From contig NW_027270987.1 in assembly GCF_040938485.1 (NCBI RefSeq), positions 2,232,001 to 2,296,000 on the forward strand: DNA of 64,000 bases, written 5' to 3'. Numbering within the stretch: the first letter of the stretch is position 1; each line of letters begins with the position of its first letter. The position numbers and the translations under genes are program-made. The notes under the pieces were generated by a model. The model was not told where the DNA came from. It worked only from the letters and a program-made list of their open reading frames with translations, and ran no database searches. Source of the DNA: Diadema antillarum (Eukaryota). Shown here piece after piece: positions 1 to 12,108 of the stretch.

Positions 1-2912
1 GATATTAAGTACAGGGGTTACATTGTATAAAATGTCACTGATAAGTACACTGACTGTTTGCCATGTGAATACATAACTTTACAAGACGGATATTCTCCAT
101 TGCATCTCACTTTCCGGAAGGACTGCACATAAATTAATGTGATGGCATTACATCTATTCTGACACTTTATAGGGAAGACTTAATCAACATCGCTTTACTC
201 AATTTTACAGCAGAGTTTACCGTTCCGATTAGTCCCATGTGTAGCAATTTTCACAATGTTAAAGGGTATTCAATGCGCAAACATGAACTAAACTATAATT
301 GACATTCGCAATGAATATGAGTTGAATATGTAAACAACTGATTTTTGAAAATGTTATCCACACATTGTCTTTTTAAAAACTAATGGTATCTCTAATATGA
401 ATGAGTCACCTATAACAGGGTCTTTAAAGCACCTCAAAATAATCGAATTGGTCACTTAGTGTCTGCTGCATATACTCCCATGTTTGCTGATTCTATTAAA
501 GAGACTGGAGCAAGGACATACATGTAAGGTGGCTATGAATGGCTGTGTACTCACAGAAAACTGAATGTACAAGCATATATGTACATGTATGTCTGTCCAG
601 AGATGATATCATATCCTGGCTGATCTGTGTGAAATTTGTGTCATTCATAAAAATATAGCAATTGTTTGAATCACTTGCTCAACATTGTCCTGCTGTCCTT
701 GCTTGCATACCACTTAATCCAGCATACAAGATTTAACAAACAAAACAAATCTGGTTAGCCACAAAGATTTTTCAACCTAATGTGTGCATGATAGCAATCT
801 TAGATTCAGTTAAGTTAACAACCATACATTTAGCATGTGGACTTACACTTTACTATCTGTGAACAACTAATATATCTTCTCATGGACCTCAGAAAAGGGA
901 AATAAATTTTGGCACCATTGAGCGCAATTTCAGTTCAATCTACATGATTTTCAATCATCTCCATCCACTGCTAAACATCTAAAGACAGTCTTCTATGACT
1001 AAATATTTATCACAAGAAAAAAAAATGGTTCAATGATATCATATGAAAGGCAAGGATTGACATCAGCATACAATATTTCATGCAATAAAAAAAAGGTACC
1101 TACTGCCTCATTTAGAGCTAACAATAAATATTTGGAATGAGCAAACATTATGCATACTGCACACTCATTTCCAAGCACAAACACGATGTGAAGTGCCACA
1201 TAAATTGACACAGGTATTTGGTTCTACTTACTCACTGAAGTTTAGATGTATTTGTGGTGTACCAAGAGAGAAATTCCACAATTCTGCCTATAGATACACC
1301 AGGCAATGAGCTTTTCAATCTAATACATTGTACAGGTACTCAGTCCATTATTAACAGCATCACGGACAGAACTATAAAAAATATTTAAAAAAAACAATGG
1401 CATTTGAAGAACATTTGATTGTCACACACCTCAAAAGTGTCGAATTGAAAGCATAAAGCAGAGACACTCAGACAGTTAAATAACTTATAAAAGTGTCCAG
1501 TTGTTATAAGCCAGCCATGATGCGAGCACGAGAAAAGCTTACAGTGCCAAGTAATACCCAATTCTTGTAAGTAATACATTCAGTTTCTCTCTCTCTCTCT
1601 CTCTCCATCCCCATCTACCCCCCCCCCCCCATTTCTCCCTCCCTCTCACTCTCCTACGGCACTTCTTCTTCTCTTCTTCATTCATTCCTCCCTTGTGTTT
1701 TCCATTGAAATCTTATTTCACACACACATTACTAAAAAAAGTCCTTTCCCTCACGAGTAACTGTAAATGCACAAATTTTCATGGTGTATTAATTTTCAAG
1801 CATTTTGTGCTACTTTTGGCTATCACGAATTCTAACACCAGCGAAAATATCTTCACAACTTTCTCTGCACATACTGAATGCGTTGACAATTGTGCAGCGT
1901 GAATTCAAGAGCCTGCAAATACGTGTTTGAGCCGCTCAGCACGAAAGATTAATCATGCAAAAATATGGACGTTTACAGTAATCCAAACTGAATTTTGTTG
2001 TTTCTGTGCTAAGAGGTGGGGGTTCCATCTTCAGGAAATACTGTTCCAATAAATACTCCAGGCACACACTAACAGCATCCACAGCAATGAGTGAGATTAG
2101 TCCACTACACGGAATGCAAAAAATACCAGACATTAGAGGACTAATTCTTAAATCTACGGCAAGATGGCGAACAGGCTCGCAAGCCACACAGTATGTGGTG
2201 GCATAATATTTCATTGCAATATATAGACTGCCATTTGGATAAGTCATGGAAATGTAATAAGCATCAAGAGACTGGCGCCATTTTTCATAGTCGAATAATA
2301 TAATGCATGAAACTTGTTCATTGCATTTGGTGTTCATTTCAGAGCAGGATGTGTCTTTTTGGGAAGTTTCCGTTTATTCATCCTCTGGATGAGGAAAAAA
2401 CAGTGGAAGTTCAAGGTTCGATAGCTTCGATCAGCCTCCTAACAGGTCTGCCGGCAAAATGAGGAAACATCTCAGTAGAAAATAAACTGAGACTTCATAT
2501 GTCATATTGACCAAACATCATTTTGAATGCATGAAACTGTCTAAAGTCATGCTGTTAAGACATTAGAAAACTTGCATTGAGTGTACCAGTTATGAGAGTT
2601 CCTATGTGATGGCTTCCGCAAGTACATTGTGCAGCTAAAATACATTGGGTCATTGAGATTTTTAGCTGACAACAGAGGGTTAGCCAAAACTACGCTCTGC
2701 AATACAAGATGAAGACTGCATGGTATGTGTATGTAGAATATTTACTTGCAATAAATCATATGATAATCATAACATCAACGCACAGAGGATTAACTTGGTC
2801 TTTAAAAAACAATGTTTAGAAAGTCAGCCCTAGCATCAAACCTCATAAACAGCAACAAGCCTTCCTACACTTGATACATTTCCAAGACGAGGCCACCAAC
2901 CAACACACGTCT

Positions 2913-3460
2913 CTACGACTTGACCAGCTTGAAACCGTGGCCGGTATTGATCACTTTGGGCGGGAGCCACATCAGCTTCCAGCGCCGTATGCAGTGCAGG
3001 CAGGATGAGCACAGAGACAGGACGTCGAGGGCGCTAGGCAGCTGGAGGAGCTTGATAAGAGGGTGCGTGGCCCGTGGGAAGTTGCTCTGCCAATGGCTCT
3101 CCATTTCAGCCTCGGTGGGCTGGTGGAAGACAAACTCCCCCCAGCGCCCTGACACTGCGTAACTAGCCTTGATGCGCCGCCCTTGCTCATGCCACGTGAT
3201 GTCGGTCTCCTTGGTGCAGTTGAAGTCAACCCACTCTTTGGTGAAGTCGCCCACAGAAGTCGTGACCCCTGTCTCTGGATCCGTTGACTTGCTCAGGACG
3301 GAGGTCTGTATTGCAAGAAAGTTGTCCCCGTCTTTCTGGACGCGCTTGGGCCAGTCACCACTCGTCCGTGTGTCCATCATTATGATGAGCCTTGAGCCAC
3401 TCTGCTGGTCAAGTGATGACCATAGCTCCAACAGACTGTCAAATTTCAATATTCCATTAT
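2913..3460 (-). CDS. TMEM168: TMEM168 last coding exon
   Basis: ORF 2913-3449 ends VINTGHGFKLVKS*, matching the recalled vertebrate TMEM168 C-terminus (..DTGQGFKLVKS). Acceptor cttcccacag| at 3463-3461, and phase 1 fits the upstream exon (G+AT=D). Confidence 0.92.
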
Positions 3461-4016
3461 CTGTGGGAAGAATGAGATAACATCATAAAAATACCACGGA
3501 AACACCGATTACATACAGGAAGCATTCATTTGTAACCATCCATACATCATTCATACAGCATAACAATTTGTGACACTCTTAACTACAGTAGGAAGGTCCA
3601 GTTTCATGTAACCAACAAGGGACAAATGAAAGAGAGTCTATGAAGAACCTATGAAGAGTTTAAATGTAAGAAACGATACATACATTTTTGTCCAATAAGA
3701 GGGCAAAATAAATCATATTGTTTTAACAATTTGTAAGAAATACATTCAATAGTACAATAACAATATGCACATGTGACATGTTTACAAGAACAAAAAGTAA
3801 AACCTTAAGAGTAGTCTGCAAATGGGGTCAAGGGAGCAAGTTGTACCTCAGGGAAGTGTAAGCCAGACAAAATTGCAAATACTGAAGGAAAAACTACAAC
3901 TGCATGTTCTTATCTGTCACTTGCAAGAATGTTATCATCAGTCAGACAACATACAGACTGACTCTACCAGTACACAGGGCTACACTTTGTATTGCCTAGG
4001 AACATTGCTGGTACAC

Positions 4017-4187
4017 CAGGGCCCCATTTCATAAAAGATGTTAGGATAGCAACTCTTGCTGGACTACCAACTTCCAATAGCACAAGCAAATTAGGAAGTT
4101 GGATTCTTGTCGTTACCGTGAAAAATTGCCATTTCAGCAAGAGTTGCTATCATATCGACTTTTTACACTTGTATGAAAGGGGTCCAG
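4017..4187. mobile_element. Short MITE with imperfect GGGCCCC.. terminal inverted repeats (PIF/Harbinger-like)
   Basis: Left end gggccccatttcataa versus right end gtatgaaaggggtcc; inner inverted segments gatagcaactcttgctg / cagcaagagttgctatc. Confidence 0.55.
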
Positions 4188-4367
4188 TAGAAACTAATAC
4201 TAGTAGACTGTCCATTGAATTGAACTGAATTGAATTTATTTTCCAAACTCATTGCAATATACTATATACAACCTCCAATACCAGTATGAATTGGTCACAA
4301 ATAACAAAGACAAACATAATAAATGTACACGTAATGTCCATTCATATAAACATGTGGTCACTCTCAC

Positions 4368-4642
4368 CTGCCAATGCCCAGTCCCCACTGGGATGTACAT
4401 GACCACTGTAGTACACAAAGTAGGTGTCAAAGCGCGGTCCGTCGCTGGTGGCCCGGGAAAAGAAGCTCCTCAGTTTCATGTCCAGAGCATCCGCCGTCAG
4501 CCCACTGGTGGAGAAGTCACAGCTGTAGGTGTCGATCATGTGATAGAGGAAGAAGCGCTGGATGGTGTTCAGGAGGCCCATGGAGCGGTTGCTGTGCTCC
4601 TCAGCGGCACTCATCGGCAACGGCATCGCCGACCCATCAGCC
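4368..4642 (-). CDS. TMEM168: TMEM168 internal coding exon
   Basis: Encodes ..LLNTIQRFFLYHMIDTYSCDFSTSGL..DGPRFDTYFVYYSGH..WALA. Acceptor ccacag| at 4645-4643, donor |gtgag at 4367. Phases 2/1 are consistent with the neighbouring exons. Confidence 0.92.
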
Positions 4643-4756
4643 CTGTGGATGGACATAACAACTACATGTCTTTAATTGACTATCTTTACACATGTCTGAC
4701 AACTAACTGAACAAGAACACTAAGAGACCTGTCGGCTGTTTCAGTAGTGCTAAAAC

Positions 4757-4926
4757 CAGGGGCCCGTTGTATAAAACTTACCGTTGAATTTCAATGGTAA
4801 CTTCCATCAAAATTAGGCATCACAGCCAATCAGCATCAAGGATTCTAAAATTTACCGCTAATTTGAAGACTTACCGCTAGAAAGGAGGGGTAAGTCCAGC
4901 GGTAAGGGTTTTATGCAACAGGGCCA
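4757..4926. mobile_element. Short MITE, PIF/Harbinger-like
   Basis: Terminal inverted repeats ggggcccgttgtataaaac ... gttttatgcaacagggcc. Confidence 0.55.
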
Positions 4927-5502
4927 AGTTCAAAGTTCAATTCAACTAATCTTAGGAGCATTTCTGGGATCAAGCAGTCCTCAGAAGTTAGGAAATATTT
5001 CAATAAGCCATTTGGGAACAATATCTTGTGCCCATCTTGCCACATTCTAGAATACATTTTGTATGTCATGTATTTTTTCCAACTAGATCTGATCTACATA
5101 AGTAAATCTGTCCCAACTTTGGATTTATCATCTGGCCCAATACATGTATACCGGGGTACAAAAAGCAAAAAAAAACACTCTTATAATGCAGGTCCTAACT
5201 CTTTATATATATTATATAGATAAAAAGTTAGGACCAGCAAAACTCCCTCATCATAAGAGGGTTTTTTTTATCTATTTATAACAGGGTTTCCCTACAGTAC
5301 CTATCAGCACTTTATGTTGACTAAAATGGCCATGTCCTTGACCTGTTTCTTACAAGATTCTAAAATCCCAAAAGACTTCATAAAGGGCTCCACAGTGTTC
5401 TAATTATACGCATTGGCAGTGCAGATATCCCTATGACCTTTTCTCAAACATGTGGTGAAAGAGTCCCATGCAAAGCATGACAGAATGAGGTCTTTCATTT
5501 AC

Positions 5503-6767
5503 CTGCAGAATGAGGATGGCCCAACCACAGCATAGGAAGTGCAGGTGCCTCCCAGGGCTCCAGCCAGCTCATACAGCAGTCCGTGCAGCATCCCCTCCAT
5601 GGGCAGGACAATGAGCCAGCCCGCCATGAAGGCAGCATTGTGGTTCTGCCACATGACGGCGCCAAGGAACAGGGTGCTGAGGAGGGCGGACGCCACCAGC
5701 CGCCGCGAGATGGTGGTGAGGTAGCGCAGACCCCGGGAGGCCATGATCACGCTCAAGCTCTTGTTGGTCTCCCCGCTGATGGAATGGTACGCGCGGTTGC
5801 ATTCACGGAGCTTGCCGATGAAGCCCCACGCTGTTATGACGAAAACCACGTGGAGACTTATCCAGAGGATTCCAAACACTGCATAGGCAGGGATGGCAAA
5901 GTACCACTCCTCATGGATAATGGTAGCTTGTCCGGCCAGCCCTAAGAACAGGAGCTGGCATGCGATGGCAAGCAGGAGTATGAGTCTGTGCACCAGATGA
6001 CTGCGATTAATGATGCAGTTCCACCGCTCAAGTACCGACAGCCCACAGAAGTAAAAATCAAGAATGGGATCAATAAGCAGGCGACCGGCGAAGCAGCTCA
6101 GTGCAAACGGGTTGAAGAGAATGTTGACGGCTTGAAAGAAGAAGGTGCTCGATAAGAGAATGAAGAGGGTCAGGATAGGGATGGAACAGGCCACTTTTAA
6201 CCGCAGCGACATGATGTTGAACGCCAGTGCAACCACGAGTAGCCATAAGCTTGCCATATACGAAGACTTAATCATGCAGGCTATTCCAAATCCTACACAC
6301 TCATATTTTTCCACGGTTGTCAGGAGGCGGGAAGTGTAGCCTATTTGGCCCGACACACGCTCTGCAAAGGATCTGATAACTTTGACGATGAGGCTGGTGA
6401 TAAGAAGTCCGTTGGTTGCCTTGGTGATTGGTTCAGTCATGTCCAAGTTTACATCCATGAAGGAGATTATGCCAAGCAGACATCCAAACCAGAGGTGTGT
6501 GAAGCTCAAGGTGTAGTCCACGAGGTCAAAGTAGTAGTAGAGGATTGCGGAGAGGGAGAAGATGAGGAGACCGAATGCCGTCAGGAGGATGATGGTGGAA
6601 TCTCCGGTCAGCTGCCAACAGGTGTACAGCCCGAGGCATACGGAGGCAAAGAGGATAATACCATCGAGGATGGTGATGACTTGCAACCTGCATCGAACAT
6701 TGAGGGACTTCATGACAAAAAAGGGCAGGACTAAACAGTGGCTGGTTAGATACTTGACTGACGGCAT
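5503..6767 (-). CDS. TMEM168: TMEM168 first coding exon (multi-pass membrane region)
   Basis: 422-aa ORF MPSVKYLTSHCL..HLWFGCLLG..DPILDFYFCGLSVLERW..IMASRGLR..LGGTC, with many hydrophobic helices; donor AG|gtaaat at 5502. The three exons total 2088 nt = 695 aa plus stop. Confidence 0.93.
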
Positions 6768-8000
6768 TGGTTCCCCGGGTTAGGGCAATGGTGAAGCAGG
6801 AATGCTACTGGGTAATTTACTGACAGGTCCAACAGCACTGTAAAGGACTTCTATTCAGCAATGGCCTCCATCCATCTTCATAGGCCTGGACGATACAGTT
6901 GTGTCAAATCAAAATCCAAAATCGACAGATTTATGACCTCGATGTGTGTTCTGAGCAACCTTTGTTTGGTGGCACAATCCTTTCTCTGTAGAGCAAAGAA
7001 TAAAAAATGAAAAATACAGTCAAGCATAAACAATACATCATTCAGAGACTAAAATATTCCCTTCTTTATGATAGGCATTCCCGTCACCAAAAAATTTTAT
7101 CATAATAATGGCCATCAAATCACAGGCTGATGATTACATTAACCCTATAAAGCCCAAGCTACATTGTATTTTGAACATTCCCTGTGTTCAGCACCATAAC
7201 TTTTTGAATTGAGTAGATGATTGTCTGATTTTCCTCAAACTTTCACTGACGTTTTCTAATAATATTATCGCTGCTTTCACTCAATCCACATTTGTATTTG
7301 TGTTTTGGTTTCCTTTCTGGCTTTAAACTCTCTGTAAGTACTAGACTAGTAGATCTAACAACATAAATTTGCTCGGGTTTTTTCCCCTTCTTTTGACATT
7401 TCTTTTTAGGATATCATATAGGACATCTACAATTGTAACTTTATATTTAGGATCTAACGTTATTGATCTAATGTTACTAATACTAGATCTAAATTTTACA
7501 GCTCAAAATAAAAGCACACTTGTGGTTCTGATCAATAAACCTTCTAGATCTACAAGTGCCTTGTAAATACATATTTTACATTTATCTTGAATAGTTCAGC
7601 AAACATGAAATGAGGAAGGAGAAGAAGCTAGCTAGACCTAGATCTAGACGGATCTAGGAAAATTTATCTAGGCCCCTACATAAAAATTGCAGTTTACCAT
7701 AACATGACAGAAAAGCCAGTAGGTGGGGCCATGTTGTACTAGACCTATACGACATACTCGTAGTCTACAATTAATTGTCACACCCTGCACCCGCCCGCCA
7801 CCCGCCCTACTTAGCTGCATTCAGTCAACTTCTAATAACGTAGAAAAAAATAGATTGATTCTATGACGAGGTAACTCTGTAAAGAAATTTTTAAAAGCGT
7901 ACCTTCTAGACAGCACTTTCGTCATTGCTACAAGAAACTGCCTTTTGAGGACATTAAACTTCAACAACTTTTTCCGAGAACGTCTCACTCCATGTTTCGT
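6768..8000 (-). other. TMEM168: Probable TMEM168 5' UTR: exon part 6768-6985 and a candidate non-coding first exon ending at 7811
   Basis: Acceptor ..tttgctctacag| at 6988-6986, with all three frames closed upstream of the ATG; donor |gtaggg at 7810. The upstream boundary (8000) is a guess. Confidence 0.4.
7195..7322. mobile_element. Fragment of the Kolobok-like TIR family (see 37116-37684)
   Basis: cataactttttgaa..gattgtctgattttcctcaaactttcactga..ctcaatccaca matches the right TIR of the full copy. Confidence 0.7.
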
Positions 8001-8054
8001 CAATAAACAAATTGAGACAAGATTGAACTACGCCCTCACGCGATATATCATTTC

Positions 8055-8097
<43 letters not shown>

Positions 8098-8199
8098 GGG
8101 GGGGGGGGGGGGCAGCTATTCACCTCGTTCTGCATTTTACATTCGAAATTATTTTTGTTTTGCGACGGTTCGCATTAGCACTGTACCCCAAACACGACA

Positions 8200-8203
8200 C
8201 AAC

Positions 8204-8276
<73 letters not shown>
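8200..8276. repeat. (CAA)n microsatellite
   Basis: Direct read of about 24 CAA units. Confidence 0.95.
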
Positions 8277-10544
8277 TAACGATAACGTCGACAACAACAG
8301 CCCAAAGACAAAACAAACAGAACAAACATAAAGTAACTTACAAAATAATAAAGGGAGTTTTAGAAAGCTAGCCAGACGGTTGTCGCCTCATTTTAATAGT
8401 ATCAAGCACTACTAGTATGTAATGCTGTATAATGCTGAGGAGTCACATCTGCAGCCCGAGCAGAATAATGCAATTTCTATCACCGAGGAATTCGTAATTT
8501 CACTAAGTGGCTCGAAATAGTGCGTGATTTTTAGGCCTGCATGCATTCATACACCGTAGCACACGCAGAAATCATGTATAGCAGTCGTTCGGGTTTGTTT
8601 GGTCTTTTTTTTCTTTTCTTTTTCTTCTTTTGCCTACCAATATTTTCCCATTTCTTAGGATGGTATAACAAGTATGAAGCCCCTATGTTTAGCTATTCTT
8701 TCCTCTCGTTAATTTTCAATCAATCTTTGTTTAACTTCTTGAGAAGTTGAGAGTTTTATTTTTTAGTTTTCCTATAAACGGAATCGATACTGAATTAAAA
8801 GTACCATTATTATGTGAGTAATTGCTCCTCCCTGCATTATTTCATCAACATGGATTTCTCTCTCAATTAATATAACAACAGATTGAATAAATCACCACAA
8901 TCTCTCAAAGGACTCTTTTTTTTTCACAAGTGAAAATCAAAGTGCTCTAAGGTCATATACCGATAACACATTACACTACATCCAGTATACATGCCTGAAA
9001 AAAAAAATATGGTAAAGCGCACTATACGTGAATACTACATCACGATATAGCACACTTTCTTATAACGACATTGTGTCTTCAACACCATAGCAATGTTATG
9101 TTTGGTCACATGACTATGTAAACAAATCACTGAAAATGATATTATCAATAAAGGCTATAACAATAATTATAACACATGCAAATAATATATTCTGAGCACT
9201 GAAATGGATTCAGCTGCAGGGGGGTAGAAAAGCTTGTTGTTATAGGTGCTGAGAGAATAACAATAGATAGGTATTGATAAGTGCGTATGGCGATATGGAG
9301 TTACCAGGAAAAAAAAAACCAAAAAACAAACCTTCGTGGTTCTCATCGGTCTCACGTGATACAAAGATTCGCTTTGCTTAATTGTGAGTCACTAATTGAG
9401 GTCACCTAAACTGCTAGCTGCTTATTGGTTATTTTCAAATTCCACCATCCGTGATCATTAACTTGTGATGAGCGTGTATAATTGTTGTATTTTTACACTT
9501 AAGGTGCACGAAAAGGGACAGTGATTGGTCGAGTTAAGGTTTGAAATATTGATGCTTGTTTATTTTGTGGGATTTCAGTTTTCTTTTTCTTTTCTTTTTT
9601 CTTTTTTTCAATAACAAACTGAGTAAAACTTATTGACAGGTCATGGAGGTAATATCTATACCAATATAATTGATGTTGTGCTGATGGTTCTATGAAAATT
9701 CATATGACACATTATGGGCTCATCATCACCATATCAACAGATTGTCTTAATCCCTCTTTGTTGCTTTGCTTTTACTTAATTTTTAATCATGGTATTTTTA
9801 CGCCATGTTTATAGCAGACATTAATCTCACATCACATATTATATCATGACCTAGGCGCTACATGAATTGAAAAAAAAAGCAGATATCTTTCTGAAAAGTT
9901 TGGCTCGTGTTGGCGAATATTATAGCGGAGAAAGTATTCCAATAAAAAGTGGACATACAGTCCTTACCAAGAGGATGAATGTTGTGACCTTCCTCCCCCG
10001 CCTACTTTTTATTACTTAATTATTATTAGCAATTTGTCAGCGGTTCTAGCGGTAATCAGTGATTCATGGTTTGTTTTATCAGGGAATTCACCTCCCTCGT
10101 TTGAGCGTGGGCTGTTATAGGTATACGTTCTTGAATGAGTTATCCATAGGTGCGTGCCTGGGGAGGGTATTACGCATGGAAGGTACCTTCATGACTCGGC
10201 AGGTGATGGAATATACAGGAGTTAATGTGGCCGAGAACACCGGGAACTCCCTATACCCTGGACAGCAATTATCATTACATGACCATCTCAACATTAGTCA
10301 CAGCGTGTCGGTGTATATACTTTTTCTAGCAGTGATCATTAGGCCTACTGGCCTGAAGTCTTACTGGCTCCTGGTCAGCAGTTTCAATATTTCAAAATGT
10401 GTTTTGTGTGTTTTCTTTTTACCTTATATATTAATGGTATATCAATAAATTTCATTAATCATATTTTTTAATGTCGATATAAAATGCACTTATATCGTCT
10501 GCAAAAAAAATCGCATTTACATGTTTTTTTGAGATACAGTGTAT

Positions 10545-10628
10545 TAATGAATGAATGAATGAGTGAATGAATGAACGAATGAATAAATGAATGAATGAAT
10601 GAATGAATGAATGAATGAATGAATGAGT
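10545..10628. repeat. (GAAT)n microsatellite
   Basis: Direct read. Confidence 0.95.
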
Positions 10629-10674
10629 GAACAGAATCAAGGTAAAAGCTGACAAGTGCTCTCCTCAAATATCC

Positions 10675-11120
10675 TTAAAGGGAACAATTTTTTGGAGCCG
10701 TCATTGCTGGATAAGGAGATACTATACTTCATGACGTCATCATGGACACCAATGTAAAGAAAAGAGAATTCCACAAAATTTGATTTTTTTCATGAAAAGT
10801 ACACATTCCACTGACTTGCTACTGACATTATGATAAGTGTAATACCATTCCCCTACTCTCTGATAGAGGTAAATCAAGTGCTCTTTCATTGTGCTAGAAA
10901 AGTGAAAAATTTGCTGAATTTTCTTTACATTTTCTTCATGATATTGTTGACCATAATGACACAATGAACTATAGTAGTCTCCTTATCTAGTGATGACGTC
11001 ACCAAAAATGTAAAAATCTTTTGAATCGATTGCCCGATTTTCCTCAAACTTTCCCTGATGTGTTGTAATGATATTGCTGCCTTCACTCAATCCACATTTA
11101 TAATTTGAGCTTTGGTCCAA
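10675..11120. mobile_element. Degenerate copy of the Kolobok-like TIR family
   Basis: Starts ttaaaggg; shares gctggat..gagatacta, gaaaagtacacattcc and gattttcctcaaactttc..tcactcaatccaca with 37116-37684. Confidence 0.7.
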
Positions 11121-11203
11121 TCCGGGTCGATGCATGTGTGTCTTTTTTTTTTCTTTCGACTTTGTAGGCTGCCACTTACCTGTGCATTATGCTGCAGTAA
11201 GCA

Positions 11204-11344
11204 NNNNNNNNNNNNNNNNNNNNNNNNNNNNNNNNNNNNNNNNNNNNNNNNNNNNNNNNNNNNNNNNNNNNNNNNNNNNNNNNNNNNNNNNNNNNNNNNN
11301 NNNNNNNNNNNNNNNNNNNNNNNNNNNNNNNNNNNNNNNNNNNN
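11204..11344. other. Assembly gap (N run)
   Basis: Ns in sequence. Confidence 1.
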
Positions 11345-12044
11345 AAATTGAATTGAATTGAAACGAATTGAATGCGATTGATTTCATTCTTCGATGCTTC
11401 CATCAAGAAAACGTAAGAGTCCTCTTACACCTCCCTCAAGTCCCTGATTGCACTGTCATTTCACCATCCCTATGAGGCCACCCCATCCCATGCACCCCAC
11501 ACAAGGACTTGGATAGTAATATAAGATCCTTCATTCTGCTACAGCACAAAATGACTCTATAAAGTTACACTGCGCCACAGAATCTTCCCGTCATGCCTCT
11601 CTGGCTGCCCGTCAAAACTCCTTTACAAAGATTAAGGACGTGTTTGATTCCCTCATGCAGAATTCAAGTCTTCTAGCTCTTTTATAGAGTAAAGCCATAA
11701 GGACCATTTGATGTGCGTTCGTAAGGATGCTATACTCGCACAAATTGTATGGCATTAATTTGCTCGCTGAAGACATTAGTTACCATTCGTGACTTTGTGC
11801 ATTATTCAAGAATAAGTGAACACCTCATTATATTTTGAAATGACTACATTACTATAATATCATGCGAAACCAAATCAATGGTAGGCCCTACCCTTGTTAT
11901 GTTTTACAGTATAATCATGAATTATGTTCCATGTATTTACTCGCCATTGGATTGTATTTGCCAAACTGCGGAAGTGAAATACATCAAAACAAACCTTCAG
12001 TTCAATGGCATCATTCTCCATACGAAAGTTTACTGAGGTTATAT

Positions 12045-12108
12045 CAGTTCTAAAATTTGCACACAAAGTGAGAATCGGTGCTCACTTTGTGTGCAAATCT
12101 TAGAACTG
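12045..12108. repeat. Near-perfect inverted repeat (28-bp arms, 8-nt loop)
   Basis: cagttctaaaatttgcacacaaagtgag-aatcggtg-ctcactttgtgtgcaaatcttagaactg, one mismatch. Confidence 0.9.

Noticed and set aside
1936-2337. 133-aa minus-strand ORF downstream of TMEM168
   Set aside because: There is an in-frame stop 12 codons upstream of the ATG, no recognisable domain and no clear splice context. It is probably 3' UTR or degraded repeat sequence; BLASTX would settle it.
2920-6783. Several plus-strand and alternate-frame ORFs overlapping TMEM168 exons
   Set aside because: These are shadow ORFs of GC-rich coding exons.
8057-8112. Recurring poly-T directly followed by poly-G, or poly-C by poly-A (also ~13325, ~16420, ~18885)
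   Set aside because: These are simple homopolymer runs with no shared flanks; their lengths are unreliable in assemblies.
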